Assembly: GCA_963818505.1 (NCBI GenBank)
Contig: CAWFSJ010000001.1
Coordinates: 667,096-731,095 of the forward strand
Length of the DNA: 64,000 nt
Source: an uncultured Actinomycetota bacterium
GTDB taxonomy: Bacteria; Actinomycetota; Actinomycetes; S36-B12; UBA10799
Reading direction: 5' to 3'
The notes under the pieces are model-generated. The model did no database searches. It saw only the letters and a program-made list of their open reading frames with translations, and had not been told where the DNA came from. Both the position numbers and the translations under genes were made by a program. Of this stretch, positions 18,203 through 27,939 are shown one piece after another; position 1 is the stretch's first letter; every line of letters begins with the position of its first letter.

Positions 18203-18487
18203 TCACGACTTCTCCAGGTCTCGCTTCAACCGCATGGCCGCAAGGCCGATGTTGGTCCCTGATCCGTAGGCCGCCGCTCCCGAGAGAACCGTGGCCGCCA
18301 GGATCCCGAAGGCTGCGACGAGCGCGCGTGACCAAGAGGTCTCCCCCAGAACAGCGGTACCAAGGGTGCTCACGACTGCCACGACGCCCACGACCGCCAC
18401 GAACCATCCGAGATTCACAAGCACCCGCTCGACCCTCAAGGCGTGCTGGATCCGGCCCTGCACATCGTCAGGGCTGAACCAGGTCAT
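18203..18487 (-). CDS. Small membrane protein (94 aa), function unknown
   Basis: Two hydrophobic helices. The start overlaps the upstream stop (TGATG). Confidence 0.55.
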   Translation of the reverse strand: MTWFSPDDVQGRIQHALRVERVLVNLGWFVAVVGVVAVVSTLGTAVLGETSWSRALVAAFGILAATVLSGAAAYGSGTNIGLAAMRLKRDLEKS

Positions 18488-19119
18488 CAGGGCAGATCCG
18501 TCACTTTCACCCCGGCGTGGATCTTGTAGCGCCGGTTGATGGCGATCAGGTTGGCCGTGAGCGCCTCGACCTGGGCAGCATTGCGCAACCGGCCGGCGAA
18601 GACGCCGCGCATTCCGGGGATCCGGTCTGCCAGCGCAATCACCTCATCAGCGGCTTCTCGGTCATCGGCCAGAACCATGATGTCGATGTCCAAAAGGTGC
18701 TCGAGGTCCGCGAGCAGCACCGCGCTGACGTGGTGGAACGCCGCCACCACCCGAGCTTGCGGTGCCAGCGCTGCTGCCTGTTGTGCCGCTGAACCCTCGG
18801 GCACGGCCAGGGAGAAGGGTCCTTGTTTGTCGAAACCGAGCGGGTTGACGCAGTCGATCAGGATTTTGCCTGCAACCGCGTCGGCGACCTCAGCGATGAT
18901 GCCGGCATGGCCGTCATAGGGAACTGCCACCAGGACGATGTCGCCCCTCTGGGCAGCCTCCAGGTTCCCGGCCCCTTGCACGCCGAGTTCCTCGGCAGCC
19001 GCCTGTGCGCGGGCCGGATCCCGCGACCCGAGCACCACGTCGATTCCTGCCGCCGCCCAACGGGCAGCCAAACCCTTGCCCTGCGGACCGGTTCCACCCA
19101 GTACTGCGATCGTCGTCAT
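18487..19119 (-). CDS. npdG: NADPH-dependent F420 reductase-like oxidoreductase
   Basis: [18 protein letters not shown] dinucleotide fold, about 210 aa, family-typical length. The longer track ORF is rejected as an upstream extension. Confidence 0.75.
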   Translation of the reverse strand: MTTIAVLGGTGPQGKGLAARWAAAGIDVVLGSRDPARAQAAAEELGVQGAGNLEAAQRGDIVLVAVPYDGHAGIIAEVADAVAGKILIDCVNPLGFDKQGPFSLAVPEGSAAQQAAALAPQARVVAAFHHVSAVLLADLEHLLDIDIMVLADDREAADEVIALADRIPGMRGVFAGRLRNAAQVEALTANLIAINRRYKIHAGVKVTDLP

Positions 19120-19171
19120 GGGCGCCAGTGTGCCAGCCTGCTCAGCTGCAGATGTGATCGGTCGAAAGGTC

Positions 19172-19381
19172 CTAGTCGGTGTCCTCGCCGAGGTCGACCT
19201 GCTCGTCGCTCTTCGCGCCCCAATCCCGCTCGCCGGCATCCCAGTCCTCGTTGCGCTTGCGGGCGATCTCGAAGGCGTGGGCTGCTTGGTCTTCGGAGTC
19301 ATAGGGTCCGAGGCGCTCGGAGTTCGCGCACCCCTTCTCCGGTTCGACGCGGTTGTGCAGCAGGCAGTAATACCACTTCAT
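19172..19381 (-). CDS. Conserved small actinobacterial protein (69 aa), function unknown
   Basis: ATG at 19381 after [30 protein letters not shown]...AA.A....RNE.WD pattern, recalled from many Actinobacteria. The rest of track ORF 19172..20419 is antisense to map. Confidence 0.7.
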   Translation of the reverse strand: MKWYYCLLHNRVEPEKGCANSERLGPYDSEDQAAHAFEIARKRNEDWDAGERDWGAKSDEQVDLGEDTD

Positions 19382-19432
19382 GTCTTCCTCCGAATCCGTC
19401 CTGGCCCGATCCTCGCGCCTAGACTGCATGTT

Positions 19433-20284
19433 ATGACCGTAGCCCCTGGCCGTATCTCCGCCATGCGCTCCGTGCCGGCCGACATCGAGAGGCCCGAGTA
19501 CGTCGGGCGGCCCCAACCCACGCCTTACCTCGGTCCGGAGGTCAAGGACGAGGAGACGATCGCGGCCATGCGCGTGGCCGGGCGTATCGCCGCCCAAGCA
19601 CTGGAGGAGGTCGGCCGAAACGTTGTTCCCGGTGTGACCACCGACCGACTCGACGCGATCGGGCACGAGTTCCTGTGCGATCACGGTGCGTACCCGTCGA
19701 CACTGGGCTACAGGGGCTTCCCGAAGTCGCTGTGCACCTCGCTCAACGAAGTCATCTGCCACGGCATCCCGGACTCGACAGTCGTGGCTGCCGGGGACAT
19801 CGTCAACATCGACATCACTGCCTTCATCGGCGGGGTTCATGGCGACACCAACGCAACGTTTCTGGCAGGTGAGGTGGATGAGGAGTCCCGCCTGCTGGTC
19901 GAACGCACACAACAGGCCACACTGCGCGCGATCAGGGCGGTCGCCCCAGGGCGCACCCTGAACGTGGTGGGCCGGGTCATCGAGAGTTATGCCAAACGCT
20001 TCGGATACGGCGTGGTGCGCGACTTCACCGGCCACGGCATCGGGACATCCTTCCACTCCGGGTTGATCGTCCCGCACTACGACGACCCGAATGCGAACCG
20101 CGTGCTCGAAACAGGCATGACGTTCACGATTGAGCCTATGCTCACGCTCGGAACCATCAACTACGAGATCTGGGACGACGGCTGGACAGTGGTCACGTTG
20201 GATCGCAGGCGAACGGCGCAGTTCGAGCACACGATCCTGGTGACCGACACCGGCTCCGAGATACTCACGACTCCGGAGGGTTGA
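19433..20284 (+). CDS. map: Methionine aminopeptidase type I
   Basis: [54 protein letters not shown] and FTIEPM motifs. 283 aa. Confidence 0.93.
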   Translation: MTVAPGRISAMRSVPADIERPEYVGRPQPTPYLGPEVKDEETIAAMRVAGRIAAQALEEVGRNVVPGVTTDRLDAIGHEFLCDHGAYPSTLGYRGFPKSLCTSLNEVICHGIPDSTVVAAGDIVNIDITAFIGGVHGDTNATFLAGEVDEESRLLVERTQQATLRAIRAVAPGRTLNVVGRVIESYAKRFGYGVVRDFTGHGIGTSFHSGLIVPHYDDPNANRVLETGMTFTIEPMLTLGTINYEIWDDGWTVVTLDRRRTAQFEHTILVTDTGSEILTTPEG

Positions 20285-20285
20285 C

Positions 20286-21062
20286 ATGACCGAGAGCCCG
20301 CACGCCACGACGATCTGGCCGCCCGACGTGCTCACACTGGCCGTCGATGTGGGCGGATCCGGGCTCAAAGCGTCGGTGCTGGACACCAACGGCCAGATGA
20401 TCGCCGACCGGGTGCGCATCGAGACCCCCTACCCGTGCCCGCCGGCGCTGCTGGTCGAGAAGCTGACCGAACTCAAGAACCAGTTGCCGGATGCTTCACG
20501 GGCGTCCGTGGGTTTCCCCGGCCTGGTGCGCAGCGGCAAGGTCCTGAACATCCCATCCCTGTCGCGGCTGGAGTACGGCGGCCCCCGCGATGACAAGATG
20601 GCCGCGATGTGGCACGGCTACGACCTCGCCACAGCCCTGGCCGACGAGTTCGACATCCCGGTGAAGGTCGCCAACGACGCCGACGTGCAGGGCTGCGCCG
20701 TGGTGGAGGGCTCCGGTTTCGAGTTCGTCATGACTCTTGGCACCGGCTGTGGCACTGCGGTCTTCCACGAAGGGCGTCTGCTGCCTCACATGGAGTTGTC
20801 ACACGCGCCCTCCGGTTTCGGCGGCGACTTCGACGACTACGTAGGCAACGCCACGCGCAAAGAGATCGGGAACAAGCGCTGGCGCAAGCGGGTGCTCAAG
20901 GCGATGGAGACGTTCGACGCATTCCTGTTCTACGACAAGATCTACGTCGGTGGGGGCAACGCGAAACACCTCTCCAGCGTCGATCTGGGCCCCAAGGCCA
21001 AGATCGTGGCCAACACCGCCGGAATCTTGGGCGGGATCCGCATCTGGGACCTCGAGAAGTAG
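20286..21062 (+). CDS. ROK-family protein, polyphosphate glucokinase-like
   Basis: AVDVGGSGLK, VANDADVQG, LGTGCGTAV and VGGGNAK motifs, colinear with PpgK-type ROK kinases. Confidence 0.8.
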   Translation: MTESPHATTIWPPDVLTLAVDVGGSGLKASVLDTNGQMIADRVRIETPYPCPPALLVEKLTELKNQLPDASRASVGFPGLVRSGKVLNIPSLSRLEYGGPRDDKMAAMWHGYDLATALADEFDIPVKVANDADVQGCAVVEGSGFEFVMTLGTGCGTAVFHEGRLLPHMELSHAPSGFGGDFDDYVGNATRKEIGNKRWRKRVLKAMETFDAFLFYDKIYVGGGNAKHLSSVDLGPKAKIVANTAGILGGIRIWDLEK

Positions 21063-21074
21063 GCCCGCCGCGCT

Positions 21075-21527
21075 TCACTGCTCGTCGAGGGCGTCCAGAA
21101 GTTTCTGGTTGATGCGCCCCAGTTCGGCGAACTCCTCGGGGGTCAGGACGTCCACGATCCGCTCGCGGACGCTCTGCACGTGGATGGGGGCCGCTGCCAC
21201 CAACGTCTCGTAACCCTTCTCAGTGAGCACCGCGAAGAAACCGCGCCGGTCGTCGTTGCACTTCTGCCTGTCCACATACCCGGCTCGGTGCATCCGATCG
21301 ATCTGATGGGACAACCGACTGCGACTGGACATGGTCAACTCGGCCAGATCGCTCAACCGCACGCGATGGTCGGCCGATTCCGACAGCCGGACCATGATCT
21401 CGTAGTCGGCCATGGTCAATCCCGTCTTCTCGAAGAGATCCCGGCCGAGTGCGTGGGGCAGCAGAAGATTGCTGGCGATCCAGGTGCGCCAGTGACCCTG
21501 CTCTGTGGGTGACAACCAATGGGTCAT
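21075..21527 (-). CDS. MarR-family transcriptional regulator
   Basis: Winged-helix segment LSDLAELTMSSRSRLSHQIDRMHRAGYVDR. Start placed at MTHWLSP. Confidence 0.85.
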   Translation of the reverse strand: MTHWLSPTEQGHWRTWIASNLLLPHALGRDLFEKTGLTMADYEIMVRLSESADHRVRLSDLAELTMSSRSRLSHQIDRMHRAGYVDRQKCNDDRRGFFAVLTEKGYETLVAAAPIHVQSVRERIVDVLTPEEFAELGRINQKLLDALDEQ

Positions 21528-21767
21528 GCACCGCAGACTACCCAGCAGCGGGAGGCACGGGGCAACCGTGCAGGGATGCACTTGCACAGCCGGTGAGGTC
21601 CAGACTCGCCCGGACAAGCGCGTGCGCGAGGCTTAATTTCCGGATATGCGGGCCCATTTCGGCCGTTGTCGGGCAATCGTGGCCGATTCCGGCCGACCGA
21701 GCTTGATCAACTCGCAGATCCGGACGCGGTGGACAGACAAGCCCGTCCGACGCAGCACAATGTCCTC

Positions 21768-22232
21768 ATGCAACTGCCGACGCTCGGTTCCCGCGGACAG
21801 GGCTGGGTCTGGGGCCAGTTCGTGCTCGCGGCTGTGGTCGTGCTCGCGTCCACGGCAGGCCCCGACTGGACCTGGCGACCTTTGGCATGGTTGGGCATTG
21901 CGCTCATCATCCTCGGTGTGGCCCTGGGCGTGTGGTCGCTGCGCAGCCTGGGGGACGCGCTGACCCCCTACCCCCGACCCCGTTCGGCGGGTGAACTCGT
22001 GGAGCACGGCCCCTATCGTGCCGTGCGTCATCCCATCTACTCCTCGATGCTGCTCGCGTTGCTCGGCGTCACACTGATCGGCTCCTGGTGGGCACTCATC
22101 CCTCTGGGCGCGCTGGTGGTGTGGTGGCTCGGCAAGGCCCGCGTCGAAGAGGCGTTCCTGCGCGATCGCTACCCCGGCTACTCCGACTACTGCCAGCGCG
22201 TCCGAGCCCGACTCATCCCTGGTCTTCTGTGA
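21768..22232 (+). CDS. Isoprenylcysteine carboxyl methyltransferase (ICMT/PEMT) family membrane protein
   Basis: HGPYRAVRHPIYSSMLL motif, 4-5 helices. Start uncertain (21666-21768). Confidence 0.7.
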   Translation: MQLPTLGSRGQGWVWGQFVLAAVVVLASTAGPDWTWRPLAWLGIALIILGVALGVWSLRSLGDALTPYPRPRSAGELVEHGPYRAVRHPIYSSMLLALLGVTLIGSWWALIPLGALVVWWLGKARVEEAFLRDRYPGYSDYCQRVRARLIPGLL

Positions 22233-24291
22233 CTGCTTCGAAGGTCATGACGGTGCTCGCGTAGTCACCCTGCAGCCAAACTCGCAGTCCCCTGTTCATC
22301 AAGTACTCACCCGACGCCTCGTGCGTGCGCCAGTCGTGGGTGAACCGGTAGCGGGCCTGTGGGTCCAGCCCGCGCAGACGCACAGTCGTCGGTTTGTGTC
22401 CGAGCCGACTGCTCGCAAGGAACACGAACAGGACCGCGCCCCCCGGACTGGAGTACTGGAAGATCCGGTAGTCGTTGCTCGACGGGTTCTCGAGGCGGTG
22501 GAAATCGACCATGAATTCCCTGAAGCGCTTGTACTGCGCGACGAACTCGGCTGACTGAGTGAGTTCGGAGTCGCTCATCTTCGTGAGGTCACAGCCGATC
22601 CCAAGTGTGCCCAGCATGGCGCTGTGGAACCGGAAGCGTAACGGGATCGAGCGCTGCGACAAGAAGTTGGGCACATCGGTGACCCAGGCCCGCATAGCCT
22701 GCGGCGGGTACACCAGCGAGTAGGCCCGCTGGATCTCCAGCCTGTCGAGCGCATCGGTGTTGTCCGATGTCCAGAAGTCGTCGAACACTGTCAAGGCACC
22801 GAAGTCGATGCGGCCACCGCCGGAGGCACAGGCCTCGAACGAGACGTCGGGATGGCGACCCTTGAGCTCAGCCACAATTGCGTACAGGGCCTGGATATGG
22901 CCATACCAGACGTCCCGGCGCACCCCGACCTGCGACATGGGACGGTTGGCATCCCACTTGACGTAGGCGATCTGGTTCTCGGTCAGCAGCCGGTCGACCG
23001 TCTCGACGATGAACTGCTGAACCGGCACCAGGTTGAGGTTCAGAACGTACTGGCCCCGGGCCTCGTCGCAGCTCCGTCCAGGCTCGCTGTAGATCCAGTC
23101 CGGGTGGGCTGCGAACAGATCGGACTGGGGGTTGACCATCTCGGGTTCGACCCAGATGCCGAACTGCATGCCCAGCCGATGCACCTCTTCGATCACCGGC
23201 TGCAGGCCCTTCGGGAACTTGACCGGATCGACCCACCAATCGCCCAACCCGTCGTGGATCCCACCGTTCTCGTCCGGGTTGCGCCGGCCGAACCATCCGT
23301 CGTCTATGACGAACAACTCGGCGCCCACGCCGGCCGCCTTCTGCGCCAACGCGACCTGCCCATCGGCTGTGACGTCGAAGTTCGTGGCCTCCCAAGAGTT
23401 GAACAGAACAGGCTTGATTCCTGGGCGCATGAGGCTGCGTCCGTACTCGTGCAGTTGTCCGCTGATCGCATCGAACCCGTGCTGGGTGTAGGCGCAGACG
23501 ACCGGCGGTGTCGACAACTCCTCGCCGGGCTCAAGTCCGATCTCTGTGTCGAAGTCGTTGAAGCCCAGCTGTAGCAGGGTGGATCCGTAGGGGGTCTGCT
23601 CGACCACCACTTTGGTGTTCCCGCTGAACGCAAGAGCCGCGGCCCACACCTGCCCCGAAGTCTCGGTCGCGTCGTGACTCAGGACCGCGTAAGGATTGTG
23701 ATGGTGGTTGGAGATCCCCCGCCGCGATTCGAGCACCACCTTTCCGGATACCTGTTGAACCATCTCCTGCTGCTCTGCACCCCAATGCCCGCTGACGTTG
23801 CGCAGTTGCAGGTTCTGCCATGGCAAGCTGAACTGGGCCGATGCGCACGCCTCGACGACGACCGGCACCCGGGGGCGGATCGTCGACCACCGCTTGATGA
23901 CATCCGAGCCGGCAACGACCTCGTAATGCAGATCCACGTCGACACCGAACGCGTCGTGCATTGAGACGACCAGCGACCTACCGTCGACATGGAAACCCTG
24001 GTACCGCAGCACGGTCTCACGGCCACCATCGGGCCAGCGCAGCATCAGGCACTGCTCGCAGTAGCGGAACCCGCCATGGGCCGGATACTCCTGGGCGACG
24101 ATGTCATCGATCAGGTCGTTGGTGGACAGCGCCCAGATCGGCTCGACGATCAGGTCATCCAGACTGATGCGCCCGCCCCAGTGCAGGTGGCGCAGCAGGC
24201 CTTCGTCGGTGACACAGAAACAGTAGGTGGTGGTTTCGGTGTGCAGAGCGAACACCGGCCGTTCACCGTCGCGAACCTCAACCTCGGCCAT
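22213..24291 (-). CDS. Alpha-galactosidase (GH36)
   Basis: 692 aa. KWDANR and CASGGGR motifs, FVIDDGWF segment. Confidence 0.88.
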   Translation of the reverse strand: MAEVEVRDGERPVFALHTETTTYCFCVTDEGLLRHLHWGGRISLDDLIVEPIWALSTNDLIDDIVAQEYPAHGGFRYCEQCLMLRWPDGGRETVLRYQGFHVDGRSLVVSMHDAFGVDVDLHYEVVAGSDVIKRWSTIRPRVPVVVEACASAQFSLPWQNLQLRNVSGHWGAEQQEMVQQVSGKVVLESRRGISNHHHNPYAVLSHDATETSGQVWAAALAFSGNTKVVVEQTPYGSTLLQLGFNDFDTEIGLEPGEELSTPPVVCAYTQHGFDAISGQLHEYGRSLMRPGIKPVLFNSWEATNFDVTADGQVALAQKAAGVGAELFVIDDGWFGRRNPDENGGIHDGLGDWWVDPVKFPKGLQPVIEEVHRLGMQFGIWVEPEMVNPQSDLFAAHPDWIYSEPGRSCDEARGQYVLNLNLVPVQQFIVETVDRLLTENQIAYVKWDANRPMSQVGVRRDVWYGHIQALYAIVAELKGRHPDVSFEACASGGGRIDFGALTVFDDFWTSDNTDALDRLEIQRAYSLVYPPQAMRAWVTDVPNFLSQRSIPLRFRFHSAMLGTLGIGCDLTKMSDSELTQSAEFVAQYKRFREFMVDFHRLENPSSNDYRIFQYSSPGGAVLFVFLASSRLGHKPTTVRLRGLDPQARYRFTHDWRTHEASGEYLMNRGLRVWLQGDYASTVMTFEAVTEDQG

Positions 24292-24313
24292 GTCACGAGA
24301 CTATGACCGTTGC

Positions 24314-24484
24314 TCAGCCCTTGTCCCAGTCCTTGGCCTGCTTGCTCTTGTACGCCGACGCCTCCTGCTCGTGCTCGCGGTCCAGCTTCACGTTCGGGTC
24401 GATCCGCGGATCGAGATCAGCAGGTCCCCACAACATCAGCGAGCCCTTCTTGAACGCGTACTTGACGTTGCCCCACACGCTCAC
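24314..24484 (-). CDS. Small hydrophilic protein (56 aa), third gene of a micro-operon
   Basis: GTG at 24484 is preceded by GGAGG and overlaps the upstream stop (GTGA). VSVWGNVKYAFKKGSLMLWGPADLD..., Lys/Glu-rich tail. Confidence 0.55.
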   Translation of the reverse strand: MSVWGNVKYAFKKGSLMLWGPADLDPRIDPNVKLDREHEQEASAYKSKQAKDWDKG

Positions 24485-24624
24485 GGTGCCTCCTGCATCG
24501 GTGGAACTGCGGCCAACGACACGGGATCGATGGGCGAGTGGTCGGCCCGGCTCCACAGCGAACGGGCGACGAACACGCCGGCGACCATTCCCGCCAGGAG
24601 CAGCACTAGACGGAAGATGAACAT
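24481..24624 (-). CDS. Small single-pass membrane protein (47 aa)
   Basis: ATG at 24624 is preceded by AAGGAGAA. MFIFRLVLLLAGMVAGVFVA helix. Confidence 0.6.
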   Translation of the reverse strand: MFIFRLVLLLAGMVAGVFVARSLWSRADHSPIDPVSLAAVPPMQEAP

Positions 24625-24662
24625 TGTTTTCTCCTTGGGATTGATGTTGTTCAACGAACGGT

Positions 24663-24860
24663 TCATCCGGCTTCGCCCACGTCCTGCGGCGCCGGTTCGG
24701 CCTGCGGCAGGTCGAGGCTCGACCGGTCGGTGGTTTTCTCGGCAGTGGCACTTGTCCGGTCGGCGGGCACATCGGTGGCCGGTCCTTGCGGGTCCGCGCC
24801 GCCTTCGCCAGCCCACCTGTCGGTGCCACTGTTCGACTCGCGGTTCGGATCGGATGGCAT
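24663..24860 (-). CDS. Small acidic protein (65 aa) with an RW..EGG motif
   Basis: ATG at 24860 is preceded by AAGGAGTGAG. DRWAGEGG motif near the N-terminus, disordered Pro/Asp/Thr-rich remainder. Confidence 0.55.
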   Translation of the reverse strand: MPSDPNRESNSGTDRWAGEGGADPQGPATDVPADRTSATAEKTTDRSSLDLPQAEPAPQDVGEAG

Positions 24861-25017
24861 CTCACTCCTTCGCCTGACGACCCTCGACTGGGGATCTTGG
24901 ACTGTCTCGCTGGACTTGTTCCCGCTGAACCGCCCTCTATGCCCACTGCCTGATGTCAGGACTAGGGCGCTCACGACCGGGTAGAAGCCGGCAACCAACA
25001 GAAAGGGGAGCCGACAC

Positions 25018-25230
25018 ATGGGCTTCAGCGACAGGGTGAAGGACACCATCGGGGACATCGGCGACAAGGCCAAGGAAGCCGCCGAGGACATCAAGGATCA
25101 CGCCACGGAAGCGGGCGACCGGGTCGGCGACAAGGCCCAGGAAGCCGGCGAGAAGATCGGCGACCGGGTCGAGGACGCCAAGGAGACCTCGCACGACAAG
25201 GCAGTCGAGGTCGACCGCAACCTCGAGTAG
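25018..25230 (+). CDS. CsbD / LEA-like small stress protein (70 aa)
   Basis: ATG after GGGGAG. MGFSDRVKD start and repeated GD(K/R).(K/E)EA.E segments. Confidence 0.7.
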   Translation: MGFSDRVKDTIGDIGDKAKEAAEDIKDHATEAGDRVGDKAQEAGEKIGDRVEDAKETSHDKAVEVDRNLE

Positions 25231-25242
25231 TCCCCCAAGAAC

Positions 25243-25281
25243 CAGCGCCGCGGCACATCGCACACCTGTGCCGCGGCGCTG
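25243..25281. terminator. Bidirectional terminator hairpin (perfect 15-bp stem, 9-nt loop)
   Basis: CAGCGCCGCGGCACA tcgcacacc TGTGCCGCGGCGCTG, between the convergent CsbD-like and galT genes. Confidence 0.7.
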
Positions 25282-25286
25282 CCTTG

Positions 25287-26768
25287 TCAGCCCAGTTGAG
25301 CCATCAGTTCCCGGATGCCCCCCACCGCGTCCCGACCGAAGACCCCGCAGTGCTCGAGACCGCGCACGAAGTAGCTTCCAGCAGCCTCGCGTGCGCGACG
25401 GCGCGCATCCTGCAGGTCGAGCGCCCGGCCATCGTCGAGCAATTCCTGCAGCATCGGCGCGTGTGCCGTCGCGCTGCCCGAAAGTCGATCGCCGCTCACC
25501 AGTGCCTGTGCCACGGCCTCAAGCTCGCCTTCAAGCCGGTCAGGCAGCACCGCGAGTCCCATCACCTCGATGAGCCCGATGTTCTCCTTCTTCACAGGGT
25601 GGATCTCCGCGTGAGGGTGATAGATCCCGTCGGGGTGCTCAATGCTCGTGCGGTTGTTCCGCAGGACGAGGTCGAGCCGCAACGACCCACCTACGCGACG
25701 GGCGATCGGCGTGATCGTGTTGTGGGCGACGTCGTGGGTGCGACTGAGGACCCCCCGCGACTCGTCGTTGTAGTCGCGCCACGTTCCTAGCACGGCCCCA
25801 GCAAGGTCGAGCACGTCGGCGTCGGCCCCGTGCAACCGGATCACCGACAAGGGCCAGTCCAGCACTTCGATGCCGACCTCGCCGCGCGATCCCGACCACA
25901 AGGTGCCGGCCCGGTCCATGGCGAACTCGAAACGCCCGCCCTGGAAATGGTCGTGGCTGAGGATGGATCCGCCCACGATCGGCAGGTCCGCGTTAGACCC
26001 GACGAGGTAATGCGGCAGCACCTCGGTGAAGGCGGCCAGTCTGGCCATCGTCGCATCGTCGATGGACATCGGCCGGTGTTCTTCGCTGAGAACGATGCAG
26101 TGCTCGTTGTAGTAGCGGTAGGGCGAGTACTGCAGGTACCACGGTTCACCCGCGAGTTCGATCCTGATGAGCCGCAGGTTCTGGCGTGCCGGATGGTCTG
26201 GCCTGCCCGCGTAGCCCTCGTTCTCCCGGCACAAGAGGCACTGCGGGTAACCCGCACCGCTGCTTGCAGCCGCGGTCGCGATGTCGCGTGGATCCTTCTC
26301 CGGCTTCGACAGGTTGATCGTCATGTCCATGACGCCGTAGCGGGTCTTCTGCTTCCACGTGATGTTGCGATCCGTCCGAGCGGTACGGATGTAGTTGCTG
26401 GCCACCGCGTTCGCGTGGTAGTTGTCCGTCGCCCGGGTCGGACTGACCGCATAATCAGCCCAGAAACGTCGACGGACACTGGTTGGGACGTCCACAAGAC
26501 TGCCCATGATGGCTGTGTCCCACAGGTCGCGTTGGTTTGTCGTATCCGGCTCGATGAGCCGTCGGGCGGCGGCATCATCCAGCAGCGGGCGAAGAAGGTC
26601 ATCGATCCCGCCTGAGGGTGCCGGTTCCCCTTGTTCGGCTGCCAGGTCATAGTCGGACACCCGGAGCACCTCGAGGATCCGGTTGCGCGCGTACGGCACG
26701 TCCTGCGCGCCGATCAGGTCGTTGCGCAGACCGTAATCCAGCAGTGCTGCCACCGACGCCTCGATCAT
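25287..26768 (-). CDS. galT: UDP-glucose--hexose-1-phosphate uridylyltransferase, type 2 (long form)
   Basis: YPQCLLCRENEGYAGR, QYSPYRYYNEHCIV and GSNADLPIVGGSILSHDHFQGG motifs. 493 aa. ATGA overlap with galK. Confidence 0.9.
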   Translation of the reverse strand: MIEASVAALLDYGLRNDLIGAQDVPYARNRILEVLRVSDYDLAAEQGEPAPSGGIDDLLRPLLDDAAARRLIEPDTTNQRDLWDTAIMGSLVDVPTSVRRRFWADYAVSPTRATDNYHANAVASNYIRTARTDRNITWKQKTRYGVMDMTINLSKPEKDPRDIATAAASSGAGYPQCLLCRENEGYAGRPDHPARQNLRLIRIELAGEPWYLQYSPYRYYNEHCIVLSEEHRPMSIDDATMARLAAFTEVLPHYLVGSNADLPIVGGSILSHDHFQGGRFEFAMDRAGTLWSGSRGEVGIEVLDWPLSVIRLHGADADVLDLAGAVLGTWRDYNDESRGVLSRTHDVAHNTITPIARRVGGSLRLDLVLRNNRTSIEHPDGIYHPHAEIHPVKKENIGLIEVMGLAVLPDRLEGELEAVAQALVSGDRLSGSATAHAPMLQELLDDGRALDLQDARRRAREAAGSYFVRGLEHCGVFGRDAVGGIRELMAQLG

Positions 26769-27931
26769 GCGAGCACCTCGTGGGCGCCATCGGCACTGCT
26801 GACGACGTAGAAGTCGGGTGCAACCCCCGTTGCTGTCACATAGCGATGTCCCACGCTCTGCTGGAACTGCTCCACAGTGTCCGGTTCGACAAGGTTCACT
26901 GCGCAGCCACCGAAACCGGCTCCGGTCATCCTTGCCCCCACGACGCCCGGCGTCGCCCAAGCGGCCTCCACCATCGCGTCAAGAGCTGGTCCGGTTACCT
27001 CGAAGTCATCGCGTAGGGACTCGTGAGAAGCGCGCATGAGCGCGCCCATCGCATCACGGTCGTCGCTGGCCAGTGCTCGTTGGAAGCCAAGGACTCTTGC
27101 CTGCTCCGTGATGACATGGCGGGCTCGTGGCCGCAGGGATTCTGGGAGCAACTCAAGCAACGCATCCGCTTCCTCAGGCGCAATCTCGACGAGGCGGCGT
27201 CCGAGCAACTGCTCTGCCCGCTCGCAGTCGCCACGGCGAGAGTTGTACGCGCTGTCGGACAACTCCCGGCGCTGATTCGTGTTCGCGACCACCACCGCCA
27301 GATCCGCCGGGAACGGGATAGGCCGTGTCTGCAAAGTCCGGCAGTCGATGGCCAGCGCGTGACCCTGGACCCCCCGCGCGATGGACAACTGGTCCATGAT
27401 CCCGCAGGCGACTCCGATGAACTCGTTCTCAGCAAGCTGGCAGGCTTGGGCCAACTGGGTGGGCGACAGCCCGGCTTGGCTCAACTCGTTGAAGGCCACA
27501 GCCATGGCCAATTCGAGTGAGGCTGAGGAAGACAGACCCGCCCCGTTCGGGATCCGGCCGTGCACACGGACGTCGACGCCGGGAACCTCGATTCCATGCT
27601 TGCGCAGCGCATAAGCCACGGCGACCAAGTAGTTGACCCAATCCCACTCGGGCTGGGCCCGCGTGGCGCGCACATCGGCGACGATCTCACCTGCGTCAGG
27701 GAAATTGTCCGATCGCGCCACCACCGACTGGTCGTCACGCACCTGGACCCACAGGTCGGTCCCTGCGTCTATGGACATCGGCAGGACAGTCCCGCCCATG
27801 TAGTCGATGTGATCGCCGATGAGATTGACCCTGCCAGGGGCGTGGAACTGGCGCATGGCCCCATCTAAGCGCTCGGACACAGGCGACGCATACGTCAAGG
27901 AGTCGACATCGCCACCGGCTGCGGGCAACAT
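26765..27931 (-). CDS. galK: Galactokinase
   Basis: APGRVNLIGDHIDYMGG, PNGAGLSSSASLE and GAGFGGC motifs. Start is ATG 27931, or an internal start down to 27856. Confidence 0.9.
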   Translation of the reverse strand: MLPAAGGDVDSLTYASPVSERLDGAMRQFHAPGRVNLIGDHIDYMGGTVLPMSIDAGTDLWVQVRDDQSVVARSDNFPDAGEIVADVRATRAQPEWDWVNYLVAVAYALRKHGIEVPGVDVRVHGRIPNGAGLSSSASLELAMAVAFNELSQAGLSPTQLAQACQLAENEFIGVACGIMDQLSIARGVQGHALAIDCRTLQTRPIPFPADLAVVVANTNQRRELSDSAYNSRRGDCERAEQLLGRRLVEIAPEEADALLELLPESLRPRARHVITEQARVLGFQRALASDDRDAMGALMRASHESLRDDFEVTGPALDAMVEAAWATPGVVGARMTGAGFGGCAVNLVEPDTVEQFQQSVGHRYVTATGVAPDFYVVSSADGAHEVLA

Positions 27932-27939
27932 TGGGACAT

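Noticed and set aside
19382-20419. N-terminal 346 codons of the 415-aa minus-strand ORF
   Set aside because: They are antisense to map and the ROK gene. Only the last 69 codons (19172-19381) have an SD sequence and a conserved-looking protein sequence.
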